DNA from: a virus
Virus record (IMG/VR): IMGVR_UViG_3300045988_158963
Span: 1-61,504 of that record
Direction: 5' to 3' (one strand)
DNA: 61,504 bases
The notes under the pieces are model-generated. The model searched no databases. It was not told where the DNA came from and saw only the letters and a list, made by a program, of their open reading frames with translations. Both the position numbers and the translations under genes were made by a program. Below are positions 7,040-15,023 of the stretch, piece after piece. Position 1 is the stretch's first letter, and each line of letters starts with the position of its first letter.

Positions 7040-8088
7040 AATATAAAGAATCTATGAAAGACATATTAATTACCACAACGAATAATATTGAATACGGTTC
7101 AATAAAAAAGTATTTAGGTGTTGTTTACTCCAATATTGTTATAGGAACTAATATTTTTTCTGATATATCAGCCTCTTTATCTGATATATTTGGAGGAAAA
7201 TCTGAATCATATAGACGCAAATTAGAACTAATAAGAAATGATGCTATAGAGGAGCTTAAGCAAAAAGCATGCTCTCTTGAAGCTAATGCTATAGTTGCTT
7301 TACACATTGATTTTGATGAAATATCAGGAGGGGGTAAGTCTATGTTTATGGTTTCTGCGTCAGGAACAGCATGTTATGTTTCTATCAACCAAGAAGAATA
7401 CATTAAGAATTCTACAAATATAGATATTCCACTATCCATTATCCGCGAAGAATCAATTAAATATAATATATTAAGAAAAATATACATGGGAGAAGATGTA
7501 AATATCGATGATTATGAATTCCTATTGTATAATCCGTGTTTAGAATCTTTGGCTGGACTTGTTTCTTTATACATAAAATATGCTTCTAATGAGAGTTATC
7601 GGAGTCAATCTATAGAATATATTGAAAAAATTATAGATCAAATGCCTTACGAAGAGTCTTGTAATATTATATATGATAAAATTGTATTAAATGGATGTTT
7701 GTTTAAACTGATAAAATTTGCAAAATTATTTAACCCGGAAAAAGTGCTGAAAATAATAAAATCAGATTTGCATTTAGGTGTAAAATTTTTGGCTTATGAT
7801 AAAAAGAGATACAATGTGAAAGATCTATCTTTTATGAAAGAAATACAAGATATTCTTGATAATCTTCCAGACTTAGGGAAAATAGAAACGGTTAAAGGTG
7901 GAATGTTTGGAAAAGAATCACCAAAATACATTTGTCCTAAAGGACATAAAAACGATGTCAACAATGAGTTTTGTACAACCTGTGATTGTTGGATGAATAT
8001 AAAAGGTCTAACTCAACAAGAAGTTGGTATTGTTAATAACTTTAGGAATAAAGTTTCCATATTAGAAAATCTATTAACTAAGCCGTAA
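7036..8088 (+). CDS. YbjQ/UPF0145-domain protein with long C-terminal extension and Cys cluster
   Basis: Residues 7-115 align by eye to E. coli YbjQ (GVV...GTNIF.D......DIFGG.S.SY...L......A..EL...A..L.ANAIV...ID.......G.SMFMVS.SGTA). The C-terminus carries CPKGH...CTTCDCW. The GTG start overlaps the upstream stop; an alternative ATG lies at 7054. Confidence 0.8.
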   Translation: MKYKESMKDILITTTNNIEYGSIKKYLGVVYSNIVIGTNIFSDISASLSDIFGGKSESYRRKLELIRNDAIEELKQKACSLEANAIVALHIDFDEISGGGKSMFMVSASGTACYVSINQEEYIKNSTNIDIPLSIIREESIKYNILRKIYMGEDVNIDDYEFLLYNPCLESLAGLVSLYIKYASNESYRSQSIEYIEKIIDQMPYEESCNIIYDKIVLNGCLFKLIKFAKLFNPEKVLKIIKSDLHLGVKFLAYDKKRYNVKDLSFMKEIQDILDNLPDLGKIETVKGGMFGKESPKYICPKGHKNDVNNEFCTTCDCWMNIKGLTQQEVGIVNNFRNKVSILENLLTKP

Positions 8089-8166
8089 CACCTTATTATG
8101 GGGGAGGATAAATAAACAGGCAATCCCAAGTCACTGAACTGCAAATAAAACCAGTAAAATGTTTGT

Positions 8167-8193
8167 AGGTAATAAAATAATTACCTATATTTG
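8167..8193 (+). promoter_or_regulatory. operator-like inverted repeat abutting a -7 box
   Basis: AGGTAAT (8167-73)/ATTACCT (8180-86), then TATATTTG (8186-8193), 24 nt before ATG 8217. Confidence 0.5.
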
Positions 8194-8216
8194 TGTCGTA
8201 ATAATAAAAACAAGAT

Positions 8217-8456
8217 ATGCCTACGATATTCATCTTATTTGGTTTTCGCTTCTCTTTTTACGCAAACGACCATGAACCTATTCATGTTCATGTAACAAAA
8301 GGGAATATAAGTGCAAAATTTACATTGTTCCCTGTTGCTTTGGTAACAAATAACGGGTTGAAGTCGTCAGAAATAAAACTTGTTGAATCAGTAATAGAAG
8401 AAAACCAAGAGATTATAGCAGAACATTGGAATAAGTTTTTTAATAAAGCTAAATAA
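8217..8456 (+). CDS. DUF4160-family protein
   Basis: FSFYANDHEPIHVHV motif, 79 aa. Confidence 0.75.
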   Translation: MPTIFILFGFRFSFYANDHEPIHVHVTKGNISAKFTLFPVALVTNNGLKSSEIKLVESVIEENQEIIAEHWNKFFNKAK

Positions 8457-8464
8457 ATTGAGTC

Positions 8465-8872
8465 ATGGGAAATATTGTTGTAGAAAAAGTTTGGTTGACC
8501 GATACGGAAGTGTGGATTCGCACCGCCGATGGCAAAGAGGCTTGCGAAAAGTTTTCAGACTTTCCAAGATTGAGATTTGCGACACCAGAACAGCGTTCGG
8601 ATTTCACGTTGAGTAATGATGGTATCCACTGGGAGGGTATAGATGAAGATTTGAGTTTTGAGGGGTTTTTCATGGAACGTCCTTCCAATCCGTTATACGA
8701 CGTGTTTATTGCGCATCCGGAACTTAACGCATCTGCGATTGCTCGCAGGATGAAAATGTCACAGAGCTTGTTTGCTCAATATGTAAGCGGGACGAAAAAG
8801 CCATCTAAAGAGCGTTACAACGAAATATTGCAGACAATTAGAAACGTAGGTCGTGAATTGACTGCGGTTTGA
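8465..8872 (+). CDS. DUF2442-domain protein fused to an HTH
   Basis: VWLTDTEVWIRTADGKEACEKFSDFPRLRFATPEQRSDFTLSNDGIHWEGIDEDLSFEGF, then an HTH-like ASAIARRMKMSQSLFAQYVSG. Confidence 0.75.
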   Translation: MGNIVVEKVWLTDTEVWIRTADGKEACEKFSDFPRLRFATPEQRSDFTLSNDGIHWEGIDEDLSFEGFFMERPSNPLYDVFIAHPELNASAIARRMKMSQSLFAQYVSGTKKPSKERYNEILQTIRNVGRELTAV

Positions 8873-9052
8873 GTAAAAAAGTGCTAATTGATTAAGTAAA
8901 AAAGAAGAACGACAATCAATCCGAAGACTGGCAGTTCTCTTCCTCTGGCACTACCACCACTCCGGCAAGTCCTACACCTGCGAATACAGAATGTAGGGGA
9001 GAAGGTGATTTGATTGGAAAATAGTATATTTGCATATCAAAATAAAATCTTC

Positions 9053-9847
9053 ATGGAAGAGAACAAACAAGACATATTAAGGATTCATATAGAGAACTCA
9101 CAGCCTGTTGAAGTCGCAGACTTTACAAAGACGATGAATGCCTTTGGAGCTTTGTTTGCGTCTTTTGCCCAGAAAAACGGGAAATCCAAAGAAGAGGCGA
9201 ATGCCAAATTGTACGTAAGTAAAATCATTGAAGGTAGTATTGATATTCACCTTGTTGAATTGGCTACTATGGGTATTATCCCTTTTGTGGAAAATTCGAA
9301 CTTGATTCTTGATTTTGCAAAACACATAAAAAGCATATACGATTATTATGTGAAGGGAGCTTCCTTTAAGCCGGAGTTAACGCCTGCTGATCTAAGAAAT
9401 GTGCATGACATGGTTTCGGTCCCAGCTAATGACAGAAATGGTGTTATGTCTGTTCAGGTCATACGTGGAAATGTTGACTCCATATTATATAGCGGGTGTA
9501 CATTTAACTATATTGAGGGGAATGGCATACAAAACAAATCAGATTATGAACAAAAAGAAATAAGGTCTGTTTCCGACAATGGGGATGTATACAAGAAGCA
9601 ATTAATGTCCATTTACCAAGTAAGGAAAGGAGAGGGTGTGGGGAATAAGGCTATAATTGATGCTATATCAAGCAAGGCTTTAGCTCTTTTATTCGATTCT
9701 AAGGTCTTAGAGGATGAGATTTTGAGGTCTGATATTAATCCTATAAAAAGTGCATACTATGTTGATGTCATGATCCTAACGGCACAAGGAAGGCCAGCCG
9801 CGTATAAGGTCATGGCTTTGCATGATATCATCAGCTTAGATGAATAA
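9053..9847 (+). CDS. hypothetical protein (264 aa)
   Basis: Start moved to ATG 9053 (MEENKQDIL), because a TATATTTG -7 box lies at about 9027-9034, inside the TTG-initiated track ORF. Confidence 0.55.
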   Translation: MEENKQDILRIHIENSQPVEVADFTKTMNAFGALFASFAQKNGKSKEEANAKLYVSKIIEGSIDIHLVELATMGIIPFVENSNLILDFAKHIKSIYDYYVKGASFKPELTPADLRNVHDMVSVPANDRNGVMSVQVIRGNVDSILYSGCTFNYIEGNGIQNKSDYEQKEIRSVSDNGDVYKKQLMSIYQVRKGEGVGNKAIIDAISSKALALLFDSKVLEDEILRSDINPIKSAYYVDVMILTAQGRPAAYKVMALHDIISLDE

Positions 9848-10098
9848 ATTAGGTGTTTTTATTTCCATATTTTACTAATATGGAAGCTCAAACAATCTAA
9901 CATGCCATAAAACATATGAGTAAAGTGTTAAATTTTTTGCCTATTTGGAATGAAAGAGCGAATTTTGCACTGTGAAAATGAATAAGGAGCCTCGTTAGGT
10001 AATCAGCCCTGGCAGAGGCTTTGTTGTATAGAGATATTTGACAGCTTGTAGAACTTTTCGGTTTTATAGGCTGTTTTTATTATAGACAAGAATGTATT

Positions 10099-10776
10099 AT
10101 GGAAGACAAATTTGTAGATATAATAGTAGAGCATTTAGGCTTGGCATTCTTTGTAGGTGTCCTTTTAGTAGGATGCCTTATATTTCTTGTTTGGTGGTGT
10201 AGGGGGATATACGAAAAAGTTAAAAGCATGGATAATTTGCCTTGTAATGAAAACAGAGAAAAAATAAATTTGCATTCAGAGAGGCATAATGAAACGTCTC
10301 AGGCAATAGCTCGTATAGAGGCTACGCTTGGATTTATGCAAAAAAGTATAGATTCCCTTGCTAAGTCTATTCAAAAGGAAAATAAATTGATTATTGACCC
10401 TTATACAAAGTCCCATAGTCCTCTATCCATAACTGAAGCTGGCAGGAAAATGATGGATAGATTAGGAATTGATGATATGTTTGAAAAAAACTGGCCTCGT
10501 ATTGAAGCGTTTATTGAGGATAAGTTAGAGTATAAAAATCCATATGATATCCAAGAGTTTTTGATTCAGCAGGCAGTTGTTTATCCTGAAAAGTTCTTGC
10601 AGATAGATGAAATTGACAAAATTAAATTAGATGCCTATAATACAGGTGTGGATATCGTCCCTTACATGAAGGTTATAGCAATTCTTGCGAGAGATCGATA
10701 TTTTTCAGAGCATAATATCCTTGTCGAAGATGTCGATAAACATGATCCTTTGAATAAAAATAAAAAGCCGGAATAA
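10099..10776 (+). CDS. membrane-anchored hypothetical protein
   Basis: N-terminal TM helix (LGLAFFVGVLLVGCLIFLVWW), a coiled coil, and a soluble C-terminal domain. It is followed by a strong terminator. Confidence 0.6.
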   Translation: MEDKFVDIIVEHLGLAFFVGVLLVGCLIFLVWWCRGIYEKVKSMDNLPCNENREKINLHSERHNETSQAIARIEATLGFMQKSIDSLAKSIQKENKLIIDPYTKSHSPLSITEAGRKMMDRLGIDDMFEKNWPRIEAFIEDKLEYKNPYDIQEFLIQQAVVYPEKFLQIDEIDKIKLDAYNTGVDIVPYMKVIAILARDRYFSEHNILVEDVDKHDPLNKNKKPE

Positions 10777-10796
10777 CCTCCGGCTTTATTTTTTCT
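10765..10796 (+). terminator. intrinsic terminator
   Basis: AAGCCGGA-ataacc-TCCGGCTT followed by TTATTTTTT. The stop codon sits in the loop. Confidence 0.8.
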
Positions 10797-10838
10797 GCTC
10801 ACGCCCTCCGATTGCCTCGGTGGGGTTCCGCCCTCCGA

Positions 10839-11033
10839 TTAAACGATATCTATTTTTCGATTCAAGGCTTTAGCTACTCTGTCGAGGACATTTATTCCAA
10901 CTGAAAATTTGCCATTTTCGATTTTGTAGATGGTGTTTTGCGTCAAACCGGCTTTATCGGCCAGATCGCGCTGTGACAGCCCGGCTTCCTTTCGCAGCTG
11001 GACTATTTTTGAGCCTATTTCTTTTCTTATCAT
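10839..11033 (-). CDS. XRE-family HTH protein (Aca-like position)
   Basis: 64 aa with LRKEAGLSQRDLADKAGLTQNTIYKIENGK. It is the last gene of a three-gene operon. Confidence 0.8.
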   Translation of the reverse strand: MIRKEIGSKIVQLRKEAGLSQRDLADKAGLTQNTIYKIENGKFSVGINVLDRVAKALNRKIDIV

Positions 11034-11035
11034 GA

Positions 11036-11320
11036 TTAAAAAGTTACAATTTGTATTGAGTATCTATTGTTGTCGCTAAATTGATATACCTCGCAATTCT
11101 CATTGTAATATTCAGAATTTCTAATATCATCACAGGCATCCACGAGTCCATCAAATGAATATTCTTCTAATTCAGAGGTGAAGTTATTGATGATGTCGTC
11201 ATCTTGATTCTGAATAAGATTAAGCCCGGAGCCACCGCTGCCTAATGTTGCTAATATTAAGGAGTTATTGCTTGACAATTCACTCTTTACAAATTCTATA
11301 ACTTCCTTTTTTGTTTTCAT
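11036..11320 (-). CDS. small acidic hypothetical protein (94 aa)
   Basis: About 17 D/E versus 6 K/R by hand count. Its 22-nt upstream region is identical to that of the preceding gene. Confidence 0.6.
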   Translation of the reverse strand: MKTKKEVIEFVKSELSSNNSLILATLGSGGSGLNLIQNQDDDIINNFTSELEEYSFDGLVDACDDIRNSEYYNENCEVYQFSDNNRYSIQIVTF

Positions 11321-11332
11321 GATCTTTATGTT

Positions 11333-11638
11333 TTAAAATACTTCTTTTTCAATAACCAATTTGTCAGGAGCAATGTCATAATCTACGGCAAATGCGCATC
11401 CATCTTCATATTCTGTATCCTGGATAACATCGTAATCTGGCACTTCGAATGAAAATATAACATAATCAGAGGTGTTGTCGGTGATAAAATTAATGGCATC
11501 AGCTATGTTGTTGAACCCGAAAACATAAGATCCAGATAATCTTTCGTCATTCGATATCTTGTCACTTTCATTTGAATAAATGCCATATTCTAATATATTT
11601 TCTTTATTCTCTATAGGTGATGCGTGATACAGTTTCAT
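11333..11638 (-). CDS. small acidic hypothetical protein (101 aa)
   Basis: About 22 D/E versus 6 K/R by hand count. A minus-strand TATCTTTG -7 box lies upstream (plus around 11683-11690). Confidence 0.6.
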   Translation of the reverse strand: MKLYHASPIENKENILEYGIYSNESDKISNDERLSGSYVFGFNNIADAINFITDNTSDYVIFSFEVPDYDVIQDTEYEDGCAFAVDYDIAPDKLVIEKEVF

Positions 11639-11766
11639 GATCTTTATGTTTTAATTGTTATTACTTGTTTTTGATTACACTACAAAGATACGAATAATTT
11701 TTTTGACACCAAATAGAATGTCGATAAAAATAAGGTGAAATGTGATATTTAACATTGTTTATCACT

Positions 11767-11982
11767 TTATCCTCTTCCCTCCAACACCTTCTTAAGCCTT
11801 TGCAACCTCAGTATATCACTTGCAAAGGTCGGATTATCCCAATTCCTCTTAACCGATCTGACATGCACATCAATGTACTTGCTCAAATCGAATATATTCT
11901 CACACTCGCTTAACCGGATCTCGTTAAACGTCACTTGGTAGTTCTCAAACCAGGCTATTAGTTGTTTTAATTCTTCGCTCAT
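11767..11982 (-). CDS. hypothetical protein (71 aa)
   Basis: ORF with a minus-strand TATCTTTG box at plus 11996-12003. Confidence 0.5.
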   Translation of the reverse strand: MSEELKQLIAWFENYQVTFNEIRLSECENIFDLSKYIDVHVRSVKRNWDNPTFASDILRLQRLKKVLEGRG

Positions 11983-12020
11983 GGTGTTTTTCGGGCAAAG
12001 ATAACTACGAAAAGATATTT

Positions 12021-12042
12021 TATCAACAATGTATTGTTGATA
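12021..12042. promoter_or_regulatory. perfect palindrome between divergent promoters
   Basis: TATCAACAAT-gt-ATTGTTGATA. It is flanked by a minus-strand -7 box (11996-12003) and a plus-strand -7 box TAATTTTG (12057-12064). Confidence 0.6.
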
Positions 12043-12094
12043 TGAGGATTAATTTGTAATTTTGTGCAAAGGCCTAATTTTAAAATAGTATTTT

Positions 12095-12259
12095 ATGTCT
12101 TCACAGCAAGGGCCTTTTATACCCCAAAAGAAGCAAGTTGATGTGTTTTGTCCTATTCATGGCAACTGGATAGGGCATTATGATTATGGCAGTATTGGAT
12201 CTTATTACTGCTGGTGCAAAAAGTGTAAAAAAGAAATCAAAATCGTAATGGGAAAATGA
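12095..12259 (+). CDS. small zinc-ribbon-like protein (54 aa, below track cutoff)
   Basis: Hand translation gives MSSQQGPFIPQKKQVDVFCPIHGNWIGHYDYGSIGSYYCWCKKCKKEIKIVMGK. Its stop overlaps the terS start (ATGA at 12256-12259). Confidence 0.5.
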   Translation: MSSQQGPFIPQKKQVDVFCPIHGNWIGHYDYGSIGSYYCWCKKCKKEIKIVMGK

Positions 12260-12783
12260 AACTTACAATCAAACAAGAAAACTTTTGTAATTACTACATA
12301 GAATGTGGCAACGCTTCGGAGGCTTATCGGCGGGCTTATTCGTGCGGTAAAATGTCAGATAAAACGATATGGGAAGTGTCTTCTAAATTGCTTAAAGACA
12401 ACAAGGTTGCTACAAGGGTTAAAGAGTTACAAGATGAGCAAAAAGAACAATCTGATCTTACAAAAGATAGAATATTGGCAGAACTATCAAACATTGCATT
12501 TTCCTCTATAGCTCATCTGCATAACACATGGATAGAACGTAAGGACTTTGAGTTACTTACCGAAAAGCAAAAGTCTTCGATCAAAAGTATATCCACCAAA
12601 ATATTAAAGAAAAATGTCGGAACTAATGAAGATCCCGAAATTATAGATGTGGAATATGTTAAGGTCGAATTATATGATAAGATTAAAGCTATAGAGCGTA
12701 TTTGCAAGATGCTCGGATATGACGAACCAACCGTTTTGGATTTAAGAAATGCCCTTGTCCAGATTGATACCGGTATTGATTAA
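12256..12783 (+). CDS. terS: terminase small subunit
   Basis: Terminase_2-like N-terminus (LTIKQENFCNYYIECGNASEAYRRAYS). It lies directly upstream of terL. Confidence 0.8.
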   Translation: MKLTIKQENFCNYYIECGNASEAYRRAYSCGKMSDKTIWEVSSKLLKDNKVATRVKELQDEQKEQSDLTKDRILAELSNIAFSSIAHLHNTWIERKDFELLTEKQKSSIKSISTKILKKNVGTNEDPEIIDVEYVKVELYDKIKAIERICKMLGYDEPTVLDLRNALVQIDTGID

Positions 12784-12868
12784 TGTTCTATATTTAAGAT
12801 TTGTATTCGCTTTTTTAGAAAAATATCGGGGTTTATAATTTTATATGTATTCTAAATTTTAGATTTTT

Positions 12869-14896
12869 GTGGATAAGAAGGTAATAAGCTATAAGAGGTT
12901 CAATCCCAATTTTCATCATTTAAGAGTTGCTCTTAAGAATGATGACAATAGGTTTATCTTCCTATACGGTGGATCTTCTTCTGCTAAATCTTTTTCGATT
13001 TCGCAAGCTATTGTGTTGGAGTGTATTGAGAATGGATATAACACGATGGTGTTTAGAAAAACTGGAGCTACTATATCGGATAGTATATATAAGAGTATTC
13101 AGGAGGCTATAGGAGGCTTAAAACTTGGCGCATTCTTTAAGCCGGTAGAGGGGCAGATAAGGTGCTTTAATGGTTCATATATCACTTTCAAAGGCTTGGA
13201 TGACCCCGAAAAAATAAAAGGCCTTGAAAGTTACCAATATGTATTCTGCGAAGAAATATCCGAATTTGATGAAAGTGACTTTAAGCAGATAAGGAAGCGC
13301 CTTAGAGGTAGGAAGGGACAAAAGATCATTGCTGCATTTAACCCCATATCCGAAGACCACTGGATTAAGAAGAATATATTTGAGCAGGAGAAATTGGTGG
13401 AAGTTGACAATCATCTTTACGGGAAATTAAAAGATAATCTAACAGGGAAGATATTAAAAAAAGAATATTCTGAAATCGCCCAGAAATGGACTAATTCCGC
13501 TAAGCTAATATTTAATCCTCGAACAAAAGAATACGATACACATAACCCTGATATAGTGATTATGCGGTCTACTTATCTTAATAATTTCTGGGTAGTAGGT
13601 TCTCCTGATGGGGGCTATGGTTTTTATGATGCCCAAGTGATAGCCGACTTTGAAAAAGATAAAGTAAATGATTACGCGTATTATCAAGTATACGCGCTGG
13701 GGGAATGGGGGACCGTTAAGACCGGAGGGGAGTTCTTCAGAAACTTCGAGATTGGCAAGCACGTCGGTCGTTTCGAGTACGATGAACGTTATCCTATCCA
13801 TATAACTATAGACAACAATGTGCTACCATATATATCAATCGGATTTTGGCAAATTATTACGGGCGATGTAAATAGCGCAAGACAAGTTCATGAGATACCG
13901 GCAGAAGATCCTTTTAATACGGCTTCTAAAGCTTCTGAGGCAGCGGTGGAATACCTCAAGGATATTGGTTATAACGACAAGGTGTATCTATATGGGGATG
14001 TGTCGACAAAGAGCGGTAATACAATCGATGATGATAAACTCTCTTTTTTTGACAAATTTAAGGATGGTCTGGAAAAATCATTTGTTGTCGAAGAGAGGAT
14101 GCCTAATGTAAATCCATCTGTCGCGATGTCGGGGGAATTTATCAATGCTATTTATGCTGACGCTATAAAAAGTATAGATATTAGAATAGATAAAAGTTGC
14201 AAGGTTTCGATAAATGACTACTCTCGTGTAAAGAAGGATGTGAACGGAGCAATCTTGAAACAGAGGGTTAAAAATAAAGATACAGGGCAGACATATGAGC
14301 AATACGGCCATTTTAGTGATACGAAGCGATATTTTATAACGGAGGCTTTTAATAAAGAGTACACGAAGTTTTCTCTTAGAAGAAGTAGAAATAAGATTTC
14401 TGATACCTCTATAAAGTATTATGACAAGTCAAAGGTCGACTTGTCTGAAGGATATGGCATGGTCGAAATCAACCCTTCCATCAATTCGCAATCCGTGTTT
14501 GTCAGAGTTATATTTAAAGATAACAAATGCTATGTCACAAGGGCAATGTTATCTGATACCATTATAGATGAGCTTGAGGTATCCTCGTTGATTGTTCCAG
14601 GTGATAGAGTTCAGGTGGAATGCGATCCTTCACTTGCGGCCTATGTCAAAAATTTAAAGGATCATGTCCAAGATGTTAGAGGCAGAAAGCCTTTCCATGA
14701 TCCTCAAAAAAGGATATCTGCTCATATCGATTATATCCTGAACAACATATTCATCCCAAGTGATTATGATACGGATATTCTTTTTGAAGCGTTTATTGAA
14801 AACATCCTTGACTACAAGGATAAGAATAACATAGAAGCTATAAATTCATTAGCGGCATTATCAGAAAGGGTTAAGAGGGGCTTATATGTCGGATAG
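12869..14896 (+). CDS. terL: terminase large subunit
   Basis: 675 aa with a GTG start. It has a Walker A-like FLYGGSSSAKS, a Walker B-like YVFCEEISE and a C-terminal nuclease-sized domain, and it sits before the portal gene. Confidence 0.85.
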   Translation: MDKKVISYKRFNPNFHHLRVALKNDDNRFIFLYGGSSSAKSFSISQAIVLECIENGYNTMVFRKTGATISDSIYKSIQEAIGGLKLGAFFKPVEGQIRCFNGSYITFKGLDDPEKIKGLESYQYVFCEEISEFDESDFKQIRKRLRGRKGQKIIAAFNPISEDHWIKKNIFEQEKLVEVDNHLYGKLKDNLTGKILKKEYSEIAQKWTNSAKLIFNPRTKEYDTHNPDIVIMRSTYLNNFWVVGSPDGGYGFYDAQVIADFEKDKVNDYAYYQVYALGEWGTVKTGGEFFRNFEIGKHVGRFEYDERYPIHITIDNNVLPYISIGFWQIITGDVNSARQVHEIPAEDPFNTASKASEAAVEYLKDIGYNDKVYLYGDVSTKSGNTIDDDKLSFFDKFKDGLEKSFVVEERMPNVNPSVAMSGEFINAIYADAIKSIDIRIDKSCKVSINDYSRVKKDVNGAILKQRVKNKDTGQTYEQYGHFSDTKRYFITEAFNKEYTKFSLRRSRNKISDTSIKYYDKSKVDLSEGYGMVEINPSINSQSVFVRVIFKDNKCYVTRAMLSDTIIDELEVSSLIVPGDRVQVECDPSLAAYVKNLKDHVQDVRGRKPFHDPQKRISAHIDYILNNIFIPSDYDTDILFEAFIENILDYKDKNNIEAINSLAALSERVKRGLYVG

Positions 14897-14935
14897 ATTT
14901 TATTCTTAATTGTTTGTTCATCTGAAAATAAGCAC

Positions 14936-15016
14936 TATATTTGTAGCGTATAAAAGAAAATAAAGAGCCTAAGAGCCATTCTCAGTAGAAATACTGGGGA
15001 TGGCTCTTTTTGTTTG
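14936..15016 (+). promoter_or_regulatory. late leader element copy 1: -7 box + AGAGCCTAAGAGCC + hairpin + T-run
   Basis: TATATTTG (14936-43); AGAGCC-TA-AGAGCCAT (14964-79); inner stem CTCAGTA-gaaa-TACTGGG; ATGGCTCT (15000-07); TTTTTGTTTG. Confidence 0.7.
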
Positions 15017-15023
15017 TACAAAA

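Noticed and set aside
10802-10840. A direct 12-nt repeat CGCCCTCCGATT (10802-13 and 10829-40) in the convergent gap after the terminator.
   Set aside because: It is short, occurs only twice, and overlaps the stop of gene 10839..11033. It could be part of a minus-strand terminator or chance, and I cannot assign a function.
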